A stretch of 64,000 bases of DNA, taken from contig CAVUMN010000004.1 in the NCBI GenBank assembly GCA_963742735.1, forward strand, positions 256,001 through 320,000. Reading direction: 5' to 3'. The position numbers and the translations under genes are program-made. The notes below the pieces were generated by a model. That model had not been told where the DNA came from, made no database searches, and saw only the letters and a list, made by a program, of their open reading frames with translations. Below, in pieces: positions 9,944-22,498 of this stretch (positions are counted from its first letter, which is position 1; each line of letters starts with the position of its first letter). This stretch comes from an uncultured Actinomycetes bacterium. Lineage in GTDB: Bacteria > Actinomycetota > UBA4738 > JBBDTT01.

Positions 9944-12900
9944 ATGCCCCGCGCCCGCCGCTCCGCCCTCGCCTGGGTGCTGGTGTCGATTGCCTTCGTG
10001 CTTCCTGCGGGCCTGGCTCCGCCACCGGCCGCCGCCGACGGCGAGATCACCCCGATGCCCACCGATGGGTTCGTCATCGCCCCGTACATCTCGGGCCTGG
10101 ACCGCCCGGTCGCCTTCCGCATCGCGAACGATGGCACGGTCTTCGTGGCCGAGGAGGCCGGCCGCGTGAAGACCTTCGACTCGATCGACGATCCGACGCC
10201 GAGCACGCTCGTCGACCTCACCACCCAGGTCCACTTCGTGGAACAGGACCGGGGATTGCTCGGGCTCGAGGTCCATCCCAGCTGGCCGGCGGTGCCGTGG
10301 GTCTGGGTCCTGTACGCGAAGGACGCACGCCCCGGCGGCGCGGCGCCGTTGTGGGGACCCCAGCCCGGCGAGGGCGACGACCGCTGCCCGCTCCCCGAGG
10401 CCCCGCCCCCGCAGTTCTTGCGAGACGGATGCGTCGCCACCGGCACGCTCCTGCGGCTGATCGTCGACCCCGCAACCATGACGGTCACGCAGACGATCCC
10501 CCTCATCGACGGCGAATGGTGCCAGCAGTTCCCCAGCCACTCCGTCGGCGCGATCGTCTACGGCGACGACGGCGCCCTCTACGTGGGGGCCGGCAGCGGC
10601 GACTCCTTCGACTTCGCGGCCGACTACGGCCAGCACGGCGGGACCGAGGATCCGCAGACCAACCCCACCGGGTTCAACCCCTGCGGCGACCCCATGCAGT
10701 TCCTGGATGACGACCCGCTGCCGGGAACCTCCGAGGGAGGCTCGCTGCGTGCCCAGGACTTGCGAACGGCGCAGGACCCGCTCGGGCTCGACGGCTCGAT
10801 CCTGCGCCTCGACCCGGCCAGCGGCGCGGCCCTGCCCGACAACCCGCTGTTCGGTGGCGACACGAAGGACGATCGACACATCGCCATCGGGCTCCGCAAC
10901 CCGTATCGCTTCACCGCGCGAGACGTCGGGCCGGGTCATCCCGACGAGCTGTGGATCGGCGACGTCGGCTGGGACCACGACGAGGAGATCGACGTCATCC
11001 GCAACCCCCTCGCGGACGTCCCCAACTTCGGGTGGCCGTGCTACGAGGGATTCGGCGTCACGCCCGAGTGGGACGCGTTGAACAACACCCTCTGCGAGAC
11101 CCTCTACGCCTCCGGGGAGGCCGAGGCGCCCACCTACAACTATCCGCACTTCTCCCACGTCCCGCCCGTCACGCCGTGCTTCAGCGGTGCCGTCATCTCC
11201 GCGATCAGCTTCTACGAGGGCGGGTCCTACCCGGAGGTCTACGACGGCGCGGTCTTCTTCGCCGACGCCTACTCCGGCTGGGTGTGCGCGATGGACACCC
11301 TCGAGTCCGTGACCGGCGACCCCACCTCGGTGATTCCCGACGTCTCCACCGCGACGGCCATCGCCACCACGGGAACGGTCGTGGACATCCAGCCCGGGCC
11401 CGGAGGCGACCTGTTCTTCCTGGACCTCGGCGGCACGCTCAGCCGGCTCCAGCAGCTCCCGTGTTCGGAGACCGTCGATCCGCTCGAGCCGAACGACGCG
11501 CCCGGCCAGAGCCGTCCCCTCGTCGATGGCCAGGTGATCGACTCGATCCTGTGCGAGCACGACGTCGACTGGTTCCGGGTGGACGACATCGACGCGAACG
11601 ACACGCTGGTCGCCGAGCTCACGTTCCCCGACGCCGAGGCCGACCTGAACCTGCTCCTCTACGACCGGGACTTGCAGCTCTCCGACTTCGACGTCGCGCG
11701 GGGCGGGACGCGCGCCGTGGTGGTCCGACCGACCACCACGGCCAGTCTCTTTGGGATCCATCCCTACTTCCTCCGCGTCGAGGCGAGACCGCCGTTCTCC
11801 GTGAACCCGTACTCGCTCCGGATCCATATCTGCCAGAACGACGACCTCCGCAACGACGGAGAAGCGGTCCCCAGGCCGCTCGACCTGCTGGCGCGCTCCT
11901 ACAGCGCCGTCCACTGTCCGGAGACGGCCGACCGGTACGTGGTGAACGCGCCCAACGGCTCGCGCGTGGACGTCACCGCCCTGTTCTCCTCGGCAGGTCC
12001 CGACCTGGACCTCGAGGCGCGCTCCTGGAACACCACGGTGCGTGCCGACTCACCCGAGGCGAGCGTCGAGCGGATCCAGTCGTTCCCGATCTTCGGTACG
12101 ACCGGCGTCAGGGTCCTTGGCCCCGATGCGCTCGCGCCCGAGTCGCGGGTCCCCTACTCGATCGGGGCGACCCTGCTCACGCCCAACCAGGTGTGCAGCC
12201 GCGGGGTCGGCGATGCCTTTGAACCCAACGACGACCTCGGCACGAGCACGAAGCCGCGATTCTTCGCCGTCAACGGCGTGCTCTGTGAGAACGACGTCGA
12301 CAACTTCAGCGTCTCGGTCAAGGAGGGCCAGCTGCTGACGGCGGTGGTACAGCAGCCCAACGACGCGAAGAGGGTGGCCCTGAGCCTGCGTGACGACAAC
12401 GGCGAGACGGTGAGCGTGGCCCGGCCCGTGGCCCACGGCCGGATCGTGCAGTTCGCGCCCGCCCAGGCAGGGGACTACCACCTCACCCTGACCCAGGCCG
12501 GGGTCGCCGGCAGCCTGCAAATCGAGCCCTATCTGCTCGACGCGCGGATCGAACCCGTCGTCGTCGAGCGCTTCGGCCGGCGCGTGAGGACCAACGGGAC
12601 CGGAAGCCGCTTGGCGAACGTGATCTTCACCGAGGTCGGCCTTCCCGCCAATGGCCAGATCGCGATCGCCGAGGGCCCCTCGACGAGCGGCGGGCTGCTG
12701 CCGGTCCAGGTGGTGATCTCGGCCGACTCCGCCGAGGCCTCGAAGCCGGCCGGCATCAAGTTCATCCTCGATCCGGTGCTGCTCCGCACGGAGTGGGGCG
12801 ATCGGCTGCGCGTGTTCGTCGAGGGCGTGCTGGTCCAGCCGTGCGCCTCGAAGAAGGTGGCGACTCCCGACCCGTGCGTTCGCTTTCGTCAGGTGAACAA

Positions 12901-12979
12901 CGACCAAGGTGTGGAGATCCAGGCGCTGGCCAGCGAGAACGGAGAGCCCCGGACCTGGACGTTCGCCCCGCCAGGCTGA
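9944..12979 (+). CDS. secreted PQQ-dependent sugar dehydrogenase-like beta-propeller with C-terminal PPC-like domains
   Basis: Signal peptide, DRGLLGLEVHP, GLRNPYRF, GDVGW...EEID, NFGWPCYEG; EPND...DVD repeats. Confidence 0.8.
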   Translation: MPRARRSALAWVLVSIAFVLPAGLAPPPAAADGEITPMPTDGFVIAPYISGLDRPVAFRIANDGTVFVAEEAGRVKTFDSIDDPTPSTLVDLTTQVHFVEQDRGLLGLEVHPSWPAVPWVWVLYAKDARPGGAAPLWGPQPGEGDDRCPLPEAPPPQFLRDGCVATGTLLRLIVDPATMTVTQTIPLIDGEWCQQFPSHSVGAIVYGDDGALYVGAGSGDSFDFAADYGQHGGTEDPQTNPTGFNPCGDPMQFLDDDPLPGTSEGGSLRAQDLRTAQDPLGLDGSILRLDPASGAALPDNPLFGGDTKDDRHIAIGLRNPYRFTARDVGPGHPDELWIGDVGWDHDEEIDVIRNPLADVPNFGWPCYEGFGVTPEWDALNNTLCETLYASGEAEAPTYNYPHFSHVPPVTPCFSGAVISAISFYEGGSYPEVYDGAVFFADAYSGWVCAMDTLESVTGDPTSVIPDVSTATAIATTGTVVDIQPGPGGDLFFLDLGGTLSRLQQLPCSETVDPLEPNDAPGQSRPLVDGQVIDSILCEHDVDWFRVDDIDANDTLVAELTFPDAEADLNLLLYDRDLQLSDFDVARGGTRAVVVRPTTTASLFGIHPYFLRVEARPPFSVNPYSLRIHICQNDDLRNDGEAVPRPLDLLARSYSAVHCPETADRYVVNAPNGSRVDVTALFSSAGPDLDLEARSWNTTVRADSPEASVERIQSFPIFGTTGVRVLGPDALAPESRVPYSIGATLLTPNQVCSRGVGDAFEPNDDLGTSTKPRFFAVNGVLCENDVDNFSVSVKEGQLLTAVVQQPNDAKRVALSLRDDNGETVSVARPVAHGRIVQFAPAQAGDYHLTLTQAGVAGSLQIEPYLLDARIEPVVVERFGRRVRTNGTGSRLANVIFTEVGLPANGQIAIAEGPSTSGGLLPVQVVISADSAEASKPAGIKFILDPVLLRTEWGDRLRVFVEGVLVQPCASKKVATPDPCVRFRQVNNDQGVEIQALASENGEPRTWTFAPPG

Positions 12980-13071
12980 GTCGCCCGGGGGCATCACGCC
13001 GGGCAGGTGGAAAGCCGCCCGGAGGCAGGGCAGACTACGTAGGCCATCCGTCCGACAGCCGCCCACACGTC

Positions 13072-13476
13072 ATGACCGCAACCCTGAGCGAGGTGGTGCG
13101 TGTTCCCTGCTCGGCGCAGTCCGTGTCCAGGGTTCGGCAGGCGATCCGCGAGCTGTGCGAGCGCGACGGCATCGCCGGCGAGACGATGGACGACATCGTC
13201 CTCGCCGTCAGCGAGGCGACCACGAACGCGATCCGATACGGCTGCCCCACCGGCGGAGACATCGAGATCCGATGGAACCGGGACGAGGAGTGCGCCCAGG
13301 TCGAGGTCGCGGACACGGGCGTGTTCCGTAAGCGGATCCCCCTCCCGGAGCTCGACGAGGCCCACGGCCGGGGCATCCCGCTGATGATCGCCCTGGTGGA
13401 CGAGCTGCACATCCGCGAGGGCACCTCGCGCCGGCCGGGAACGGTCGTTCGCCTGGTGAAGTGCCCCGGGCGCTAG
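13072..13476 (+). CDS. RsbW-like ATP-binding anti-sigma protein
   Basis: LAVSEATTNAIRYG, VADTG, GRGIPLM..LVD, GTVVRL. Confidence 0.85.
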   Translation: MTATLSEVVRVPCSAQSVSRVRQAIRELCERDGIAGETMDDIVLAVSEATTNAIRYGCPTGGDIEIRWNRDEECAQVEVADTGVFRKRIPLPELDEAHGRGIPLMIALVDELHIREGTSRRPGTVVRLVKCPGR

Positions 13477-13482
13477 CCCGCG

Positions 13483-16400
13483 CTACTCCGGATCGGTCGC
13501 GTCGACGATCATCGTGCCCGGCCCGCCCGTGTAGACCTCCGACACCACGTACTTCGAGCCCTGCGGGATCTGCCCCGACTCGATGGGCGCGGCGCTCGCG
13601 ATGTCCCCCGTGGGCTCGCAGTCGGCCGACAGGAAGTACACGTCCACGTCCGGCCGTGGGTCCACCGGGATGCCCGGCACGAGCCGCACGTCGATCAGGT
13701 GCTTGCCGTCGCCGAACGAGTCCGGCAGCTCCGTGACGTGCGCGTCGAGGCCCTGGGTCGGCGGCGGGTACTCGCACGTGGCGTTCTGCATCAGGTTGTA
13801 GGTGAGCAGGGCGTCGGCTGTCGGGAACGTGACCGGACCCTCGTCGTGGAACGCCGGGTCGATGACCGCCTTCGGGATGACCACCGGCGCGCCGCTGGTC
13901 CCGAAGGCCTGGAGCTCGGCCGTCTGGAGGCCGCCGCCCCAGTCGTCCTGGGGTGAGCCGATGAACCTGAGGTGGGTGGCCCTGACCGGCGCCTTCAGCT
14001 CGAAGCTGCGCAGCATCAAGTCCACCACGAGCGGCCGGGGAGGCGGCCCGTCGAACCGCCCCTTCAGGATGGTCCTGAACGTCCGTCCGTTGGTCGACGC
14101 CTGGACGACGAAGTCCTTGAGCGCCTCGAAGCGGGAGCCGCCCGGCGAACGCATCGCCGAGATGTGCAGGCGCTTGATCGTGACCGGCGACTTCCCGCCC
14201 AGGTCCAGGACGGCGGTCTCGCCGTTCGCGGTGTCGTCGGCATCGGTCCACCAGACCGAACCCTCGCTGTCGTCGATCAGCCCGACCGGCGGGCCCTGGC
14301 TCGACGGGTTCTCGGTGGTGATCTTGGTGCCGGCGAAGGTGGACGCGATGTTCACGTCGAGGGGGATGCGCAGGTTCAGCGCCTTCCCCGCCTTCGGGGA
14401 GATCGTGAACCGCTGGATCCCGTAGCCCTGGGCCGCGATCGTCAGCGGGTAGGACCGCCCGCCCATGATCGGGAAGGAGAACGTCCCGGCCTTGGTCGTC
14501 TTGGCCTGCGGGGTGACCCGGGCCTCGAACAGCCCGACGTGCACGCGCGCGTCCTTGACGGGCTTGCCGTTGCGGGCGTCCACGAGCTTCCCGCTCACCC
14601 GCGCGTTCAAGGACTTGGTGCGATGGTCGAACCTGCCGACCGGGTTGATGTCGGTGCCGTCCCATCCGCCGAGGGTGCCGCCGGCCCCCGAAACCGACGA
14701 CGCGCCCATGCCGTGGCGGGCGAACACGGTCCACAGGAGGGACGCGAACTTGCCCTTGGTGCGCGCCTTCTCGGCCATCAGGATCGCGTTGCGCATGTCC
14801 AGGAAGGTCGGGCTGGGCCCGGAGATCGGCATCGCGTCGGCCACCAGGGTCATGGCGTACTCGCCCTTGTCCTTCAGACGCTTCATGAGCTCGGCGCGGA
14901 GGTCCCACACCAGGCCGTTCCAGATCTCGCCGTCGGCGTGGACCTCCTCGCCGGAGATGTCGTAGCCGAAGTCCGCGTACGTGGCCTTGACCTTGTCGAT
15001 CAGGTAGTTGCGGAACGAACGCTTCCGGGTGCCGGTGTCGTAGGAGGCCAGGTTCGTGCCGGTCTCGCCGACGACCGAGTGCAGGTAGTGGGAGCCGTAC
15101 AGGTCCCCCCACGACTCGCCCATCGAGCCGCCCTGGATGGTGTCCAGGTTGCCGAACTCGCCGCCCACCCACCGGTTGGTGACCCCGTGCGCGTACTCGT
15201 GATGGATCACGTCGGCCGCGAAGTCGCCGTCGACGCACGCCGCCAGGAATCCGCCACCCGACGGTGGGACCGGGGGGATGGGCTGGAACAGGAACATCGC
15301 GCTCCACGACGGCAGGGGGTCGTCGTTCGAGAACATGTAGGCGTTGTCACGGCCGAGCGGGTCGTCGGCGGGCAGGTCGCCGCCGACCGCGGCGGCCTGG
15401 ACCATCCCCAGCAGCGGGTCGGGGTCGTTGGTCGCGCCACCCTCGCCCGGTGCCTCGAAGTTCACGGCCTGCATCGCGCCCGCGGGGCCCGTGAAGCCGT
15501 ACTTCCACCAGTAGTCGTGCGCGATGTTGTGGTGGTAGAAGAGGTTGACGATCGCCGCGGGCGTGTCCACGGCGTAGGTCGGCGTCTGGGGCGACCCGAG
15601 GGGGTTCTCTCCGCAGTTCGACGTGGCCCACGAGTCCGAGAACGGCACGTCGAACGTGCCGCCCCAGCGGACCTGTCCCCCGTCGAACGCCAGGATGCCG
15701 GCCGGGGTCCAGTTGGTGGCGGTGTGGGCGTTGTTGCCGACCGAGAGCGGCGCCCCGCCGAGGCCCCATCCGAGCGGCGACGCGTCGGGGTCTCCGGCGA
15801 ACGAGACCAGCTCGTGCTCGCCGCCGGCAGGCGCGCCGGGGTAGTTCCGGAAGACGCGGCCCTCCGGGGCCACCTGGTGGGCGACCAGCGAGTGGCGGTA
15901 GAGGACCTCGCCGGTGATCGCGTCGACGGCAACGCGGTAGCCCTCGTCCATGCGCTTCGCGAACGAGATCTCGAACGCGATGCGGGCCGGGGCGCCCGGC
16001 ACCGGGAAGGCCACGGTCCGCACGAAGTGCGGTCCGCCGAAGCCTCCGGGAGCGAACGCCGTGTAGTTGCCCCGGGTCCCCACGGCCTTCGGGTTCGTCA
16101 GCCCGGAGACGACCGTGAGGGCCTCCGCGGCGTCCAGGCGGGCACCGGAGACGATCGCGGTCGAGGGGACCACGTTCGAGCGCACCGACAGGATCCGGTT
16201 CGCGTCGTCCAGGGCCACCAGGGTGGAGCCGCCGAACGACCCGCCCTCGAGGCCCCCGAACACCTGGTGGAGCAGCACGTACTTGGGGCCGTGGTTCGGC
16301 TGCTGGAGGCTCTTCGCCACGCGCAGGGCGGCCGCGTCGGCCGCCGTCCACCCGTACAGGCCCGCGTGGTCGGCCAGCCACGCGCGGGCGACGTCCTCGG

Positions 16401-16698
16401 CCCGGCCCGGCGCCGCGTCGCTCAGCGTGCCGTCGAAGCGCAGGACGGTCTTCACCGTGCCGAATGCGTCGTTCCAGTCCAGCGTCGCGTCCGGGTACTC
16501 GGCGGACAGGTCGGCGATCGCCGCGAGCTGCAGGCGGCTCGGCGCGGTCGGCCGGACGCCGGAACGCGCGTCGAAGTGCTCGAACGCGTCGACGAAGAAG
16601 TCGGTGACGGGGATGATCTCGGCGCCCGACGCCGGGGGCGCCAGGAGCCCTCCACCGAGCACGAACGTGAGCGCGAGCGCCAGGGCAGTCTTCCGCAT
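13483..16698 (-). CDS. secreted M36 (fungalysin) family metallopeptidase with C-terminal accessory domains
   Basis: Signal MRKTALALAL, HEYAH zinc motif, GESWGD, HADGEIW, FARHGMG. Confidence 0.88.
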   Translation of the reverse strand: MRKTALALALTFVLGGGLLAPPASGAEIIPVTDFFVDAFEHFDARSGVRPTAPSRLQLAAIADLSAEYPDATLDWNDAFGTVKTVLRFDGTLSDAAPGRAEDVARAWLADHAGLYGWTAADAAALRVAKSLQQPNHGPKYVLLHQVFGGLEGGSFGGSTLVALDDANRILSVRSNVVPSTAIVSGARLDAAEALTVVSGLTNPKAVGTRGNYTAFAPGGFGGPHFVRTVAFPVPGAPARIAFEISFAKRMDEGYRVAVDAITGEVLYRHSLVAHQVAPEGRVFRNYPGAPAGGEHELVSFAGDPDASPLGWGLGGAPLSVGNNAHTATNWTPAGILAFDGGQVRWGGTFDVPFSDSWATSNCGENPLGSPQTPTYAVDTPAAIVNLFYHHNIAHDYWWKYGFTGPAGAMQAVNFEAPGEGGATNDPDPLLGMVQAAAVGGDLPADDPLGRDNAYMFSNDDPLPSWSAMFLFQPIPPVPPSGGGFLAACVDGDFAADVIHHEYAHGVTNRWVGGEFGNLDTIQGGSMGESWGDLYGSHYLHSVVGETGTNLASYDTGTRKRSFRNYLIDKVKATYADFGYDISGEEVHADGEIWNGLVWDLRAELMKRLKDKGEYAMTLVADAMPISGPSPTFLDMRNAILMAEKARTKGKFASLLWTVFARHGMGASSVSGAGGTLGGWDGTDINPVGRFDHRTKSLNARVSGKLVDARNGKPVKDARVHVGLFEARVTPQAKTTKAGTFSFPIMGGRSYPLTIAAQGYGIQRFTISPKAGKALNLRIPLDVNIASTFAGTKITTENPSSQGPPVGLIDDSEGSVWWTDADDTANGETAVLDLGGKSPVTIKRLHISAMRSPGGSRFEALKDFVVQASTNGRTFRTILKGRFDGPPPRPLVVDLMLRSFELKAPVRATHLRFIGSPQDDWGGGLQTAELQAFGTSGAPVVIPKAVIDPAFHDEGPVTFPTADALLTYNLMQNATCEYPPPTQGLDAHVTELPDSFGDGKHLIDVRLVPGIPVDPRPDVDVYFLSADCEPTGDIASAAPIESGQIPQGSKYVVSEVYTGGPGTMIVDATDPE

Positions 16699-16865
16699 CG
16701 AAGCCTCCGAAGTGGGTCGGGTAAGAGGCCTCGAGACGGGCGCCGCGGCCTCAATTGACAGTAGTTCGACGAACGGGGCGGGAATCCTACTCACCAGGGC
16801 CGTGGCAGCGAAGAGCCCCGGGCGAACGCTCGGGGCTCCTCGAGCGGATCAGTTGCCGCGCGGGG

Positions 16866-18563
16866 CTAGCTGACCGCGTTGAGCGCGTTGACGATGCCGT
16901 GGCCGTAGAAGGTGTTCTTCTCGGCCGTCCCAAAGCAGTCGGCGTCGTACAGCTCATCCGGCAGGTCCGGGTCGGGGTAGTCGATGTGCCCACCCGGCGG
17001 GCACGGGTGGTTCCGGGCGGAGCCGAACAGGATGTCCTGCACGTTGTTCGGCCGCATCCGCAGGCCGCCGTGCAGCACGTCGACGGTGCCGAACTCGCTG
17101 ACGATCAGCGCGGCGACACCCACGACGTGCGGGCCGGCCATCGATGTCCCCTGCAGGTACAGGTAGACGGCGCACACCTTGGTGCCGTCGGCGCGGAGCC
17201 GGTGGTCGGTGAGCGCGAGCGGGGTCAGCGGCTCGCACTTGCCGTTGATGAGCCCCTCCTCACGGGCCAGCTTCCGCGGGTAGGACGACAGGATCCGGGT
17301 GGCCGGCGAGTTGAAGCGCCGCGTTCCGAAGAACTCCCGGCGGTCGCCGCCCGGAGCCGAGATGTCGGCCCCGCTGCCGTAGTTCGAGTAGTACGCCTTG
17401 CGCTCGGAGATGCCCAGCGCGGTCACGCTGATGACGTGTCCCCCCTCGGTGGGCAGGTCCACGCAATCGTTCGTGAGCGGACGCTCCCGCTCGTTCCCCG
17501 GTGGGAAGTCGGGGCTGATCGTGTCGGGACGGCTCGACTTGTTGTCCATGTCGCGGTTGTCGTTGCCGAAGGACGCGACCAGCGTGACGCCGTGATCGTG
17601 GGCGTAGTCCAGGGCCCGATTCGTGGCCTCGATGACGGTCCGCTGCTCCTGCTGCTCGGCCTGGCTGGCCGTCGGGTCGTTCGGGCAGTTGTACTGCCAC
17701 GGGTCGATGAAGTAGCTCATGTTCACGACGTCGATCCCGTTGTCGCCCGCGTAGGTCAGCGCGTCGACCGAGGGCTGCAGGAAGAAGAAGCCCGAGTCCT
17801 GGCCGGCCCGCAGGTTCACCAGCGAGATGCTCGGGGCCACGCCGCCCACGCCGATCCCGTTGAGGGCCGCGCCGACGATGCCGCCGACGTGGGTCCCGTG
17901 ACCGCCCTCGTCCACGTTCGCCGGGTCCTGGCAGCTGCGGTCTGGCTCCTCGGCGCAGGGACCGTCGATGAGCGGGATGTCGGTGGTGAAGTTGCGCGAC
18001 AGCGCCGCGTTGAAGTTCGGGCCGATGTCGGGGTGCGAGGCGTCCAGGCCGGTGTCGAGGATCCCCACGGTCACGCCGGGGTCGCCCGGCTGGACCGACC
18101 ACGAACCGTCCGGGCCCGCGTCGATCATCCGCATGCCCCACTGCTTGTTGAAGAACCGCTCGTTGGTGCCAGTCGCCGCGGCGGCCGAGGCCTTCGAGTC
18201 GGCGCGAAGGCTCCGTCCCGCCTCGCGCTCGACGTCGGGCCTGGCGTCCAGGTGCGGCGCGTACCCGATCGGGACGGAGGCCAGGGCGGCGCCGAACAGC
18301 ACGTCCTGCAGGGCGACCGCGTCGACGAAGCTCGGGTTGGCCGTCTGCACCTTCGCCAGACCGATCGCGCGGTTCTCCTGGAGGACCTTGCCGCCGATCG
18401 CGGTGATCGCGGCCCGGGCGGCGGCGGGCGAGACGCCCTCGGCGTACAGGACTGAATAGGTGGCCGTGACGCCCTGCTGATGCAGCGGGGCTGCCTGCGT
18501 GGGCACCGCGAACGACAGCGCCAGCAGGCCGACGACGGCAACGAGAGCGAGCCTTGGCGCCAT
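16866..18563 (-). CDS. secreted S8 subtilisin-like serine peptidase
   Basis: ILDTG, HGTHVGG, GTSMAGPHV catalytic triad motifs; signal peptide from ATG 18563. Confidence 0.93.
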   Translation of the reverse strand: MAPRLALVAVVGLLALSFAVPTQAAPLHQQGVTATYSVLYAEGVSPAAARAAITAIGGKVLQENRAIGLAKVQTANPSFVDAVALQDVLFGAALASVPIGYAPHLDARPDVEREAGRSLRADSKASAAAATGTNERFFNKQWGMRMIDAGPDGSWSVQPGDPGVTVGILDTGLDASHPDIGPNFNAALSRNFTTDIPLIDGPCAEEPDRSCQDPANVDEGGHGTHVGGIVGAALNGIGVGGVAPSISLVNLRAGQDSGFFFLQPSVDALTYAGDNGIDVVNMSYFIDPWQYNCPNDPTASQAEQQEQRTVIEATNRALDYAHDHGVTLVASFGNDNRDMDNKSSRPDTISPDFPPGNERERPLTNDCVDLPTEGGHVISVTALGISERKAYYSNYGSGADISAPGGDRREFFGTRRFNSPATRILSSYPRKLAREEGLINGKCEPLTPLALTDHRLRADGTKVCAVYLYLQGTSMAGPHVVGVAALIVSEFGTVDVLHGGLRMRPNNVQDILFGSARNHPCPPGGHIDYPDPDLPDELYDADCFGTAEKNTFYGHGIVNALNAVS

Positions 18564-18754
18564 TGCGTGATTCCCCTTTCTGAAGGGACGGGACGTGCGA
18601 AAGAGCTTTCCACCTCGCCCTGCTTCGGTCAAGACGGGCGGGTTCGTCCCGATGCGGGTTCGCAAACCTGGGCGAACGCGCAGGAACCCGACGGCGCCGG
18701 CGGCGAATCTCTTACACTGAAGGCGCCCCCTCGAGCCCGGAAGGAGTCCGCGGC

Positions 18755-19444
18755 ATGTCCCGCACCCACCTCTCCCTTTCGATCATCGCCCTGGTGATCG
18801 CGTTCCTGGTCCTGCTCCCTGCGCCCGCACGCGCCGTCGACACCCTGCAGCCCGGCGACTACGTGGCGACCTCCGTCGGCTCGTGCACGCTGAGCTTCGT
18901 CTACGACGGGCTCGGGTCGCAGGCCGGCAAGGTGTTCATCGGCACCGCCGCGCACTGCGTCTCGAACGTCGGCGAGATCGTTCAGGACATCGACGGCGCC
19001 AGCGTCGGACGCGTCGCGCTGATCGGAAACGCCGACATCACGGCGCAGGACTACGCGCTCATCGAGGTCCTCCCGGGCGTCCCGGTCAGCCCCGCGGTCC
19101 TGGGGTGGCCGAACTACCCCACCGGCTACACCACCTCCGGCGAAACCGCCGTTGGCGACCAGGTCGCCCTGTCGGGCTACGGCATGGGCTTCGACTTCAT
19201 CAACGTGACGCGCGAGCAGCGCCCCGGCGTCATCGCCTCGGACACGAACTCCGAGTACACGATCGTCGGGCTCGACACGTTCGGCGACTCGGGCGGCCCG
19301 TTCGTGCACAAGGCGACCGGCAAGGCCTACGGGATCGTCAGCCGCCTCTGCGTCGGCCTGTGCACCTCGGAAGGCGCGACGGTCGAGGGGATCCTGAGCA
19401 AGGCCGCGGCGCGCGGGTTCATCATCCAGCTCCGCACGGTCTGA
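18755..19444 (+). CDS. secreted trypsin-like (S1) serine protease
   Basis: GTAAHC, DYALI, GDSGGP; signal peptide; AAGGAG RBS. Confidence 0.88.
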   Translation: MSRTHLSLSIIALVIAFLVLLPAPARAVDTLQPGDYVATSVGSCTLSFVYDGLGSQAGKVFIGTAAHCVSNVGEIVQDIDGASVGRVALIGNADITAQDYALIEVLPGVPVSPAVLGWPNYPTGYTTSGETAVGDQVALSGYGMGFDFINVTREQRPGVIASDTNSEYTIVGLDTFGDSGGPFVHKATGKAYGIVSRLCVGLCTSEGATVEGILSKAAARGFIIQLRTV

Positions 19445-19456
19445 GCGCAGCGCGAC

Positions 19457-19597
19457 AGAAATAGACGAAGGCCCCGGGCGGAGACGTTGGCACCTCCTTA
19501 CAGGTGCCGGTCGGGCAACCCGGCTAGCTTCGACATGACGGAGAACCTCCCTGTGGAACGTGCGCAACCGGGCGCCTCGCTCGCCGGATTCGTCATG
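19457..19597 (-). ncRNA. candidate structured ncRNA (irregular rod, some 6S-like motifs)
   Basis: Nested pairings GACGAA/TTCGTC, TCCGG/CCGGG, AGGCG/CGTCT, GCAC/GTGC, ACAGG/CCTGT; G-U pairs work only on the minus strand; U-rich tail; lies between convergent genes. Confidence 0.45.
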
Positions 19598-19620
19598 AGT
19601 CATCCCGGTCCAGAACGCCG

Positions 19621-19650
19621 AAAGGCCCGGGCACACGGCCCGGGCCCTTC
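19621..19650 (-). terminator. intrinsic terminator after clpC
   Basis: GGCCCGGGC-N5-GCCCGGGCC hairpin followed by TTT. Confidence 0.65.
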
Positions 19651-19670
19651 GTTCACACCCGTCGAGGCGT

Positions 19671-22146
<2,476 letters not shown>

Positions 22147-22339
22147 CTCATCTACCCTCCGGCCGGCTCTCGCCGGCCCCGTCGGGCCTGCCCCGGGGAT
22201 CCACGGACTCCGTCCTACCCCCGAGGACACGTGAAGCGTCCCCGATGGCGCTCCAAACGGCGCGCGCCCCCCGGAGACGCCTTCGGGAGCCATCCTACCA
22301 TCGGCCTCCGAAAGCCCCCGGAACACGCCGTTCGTGTTC

Positions 22340-22403
22340 AAGACGTACCGCGTTCCGGGTTCGTTCCCGGTTCCTTCAACGCTACCTTCGTCCCAGGTAT
22401 TCG
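22340..22403 (-). promoter_or_regulatory. two tandem ECF-type promoters upstream of clpC
   Basis: CGAAT-N18-GTTG (SigR/SigH-like) and GGAACG-N16-CGTCTT. Confidence 0.55.
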
Positions 22404-22498
22404 GACGCTTTACCCCCCGAGTTCAGCTCCTGAGGCCCTTTTCGGGCCACGCCGGGGAAAAGCCTCCCCCGTTAACCGATCCGTAACCCCGCCGTTTC

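Noticed and set aside
18564-18754. Riboswitch in the S8/S1 divergent intergenic region
   Set aside because: Some pairing (CGGGTTC/GAACCCG), but I recognise no known aptamer consensus; compatible with GC-rich background
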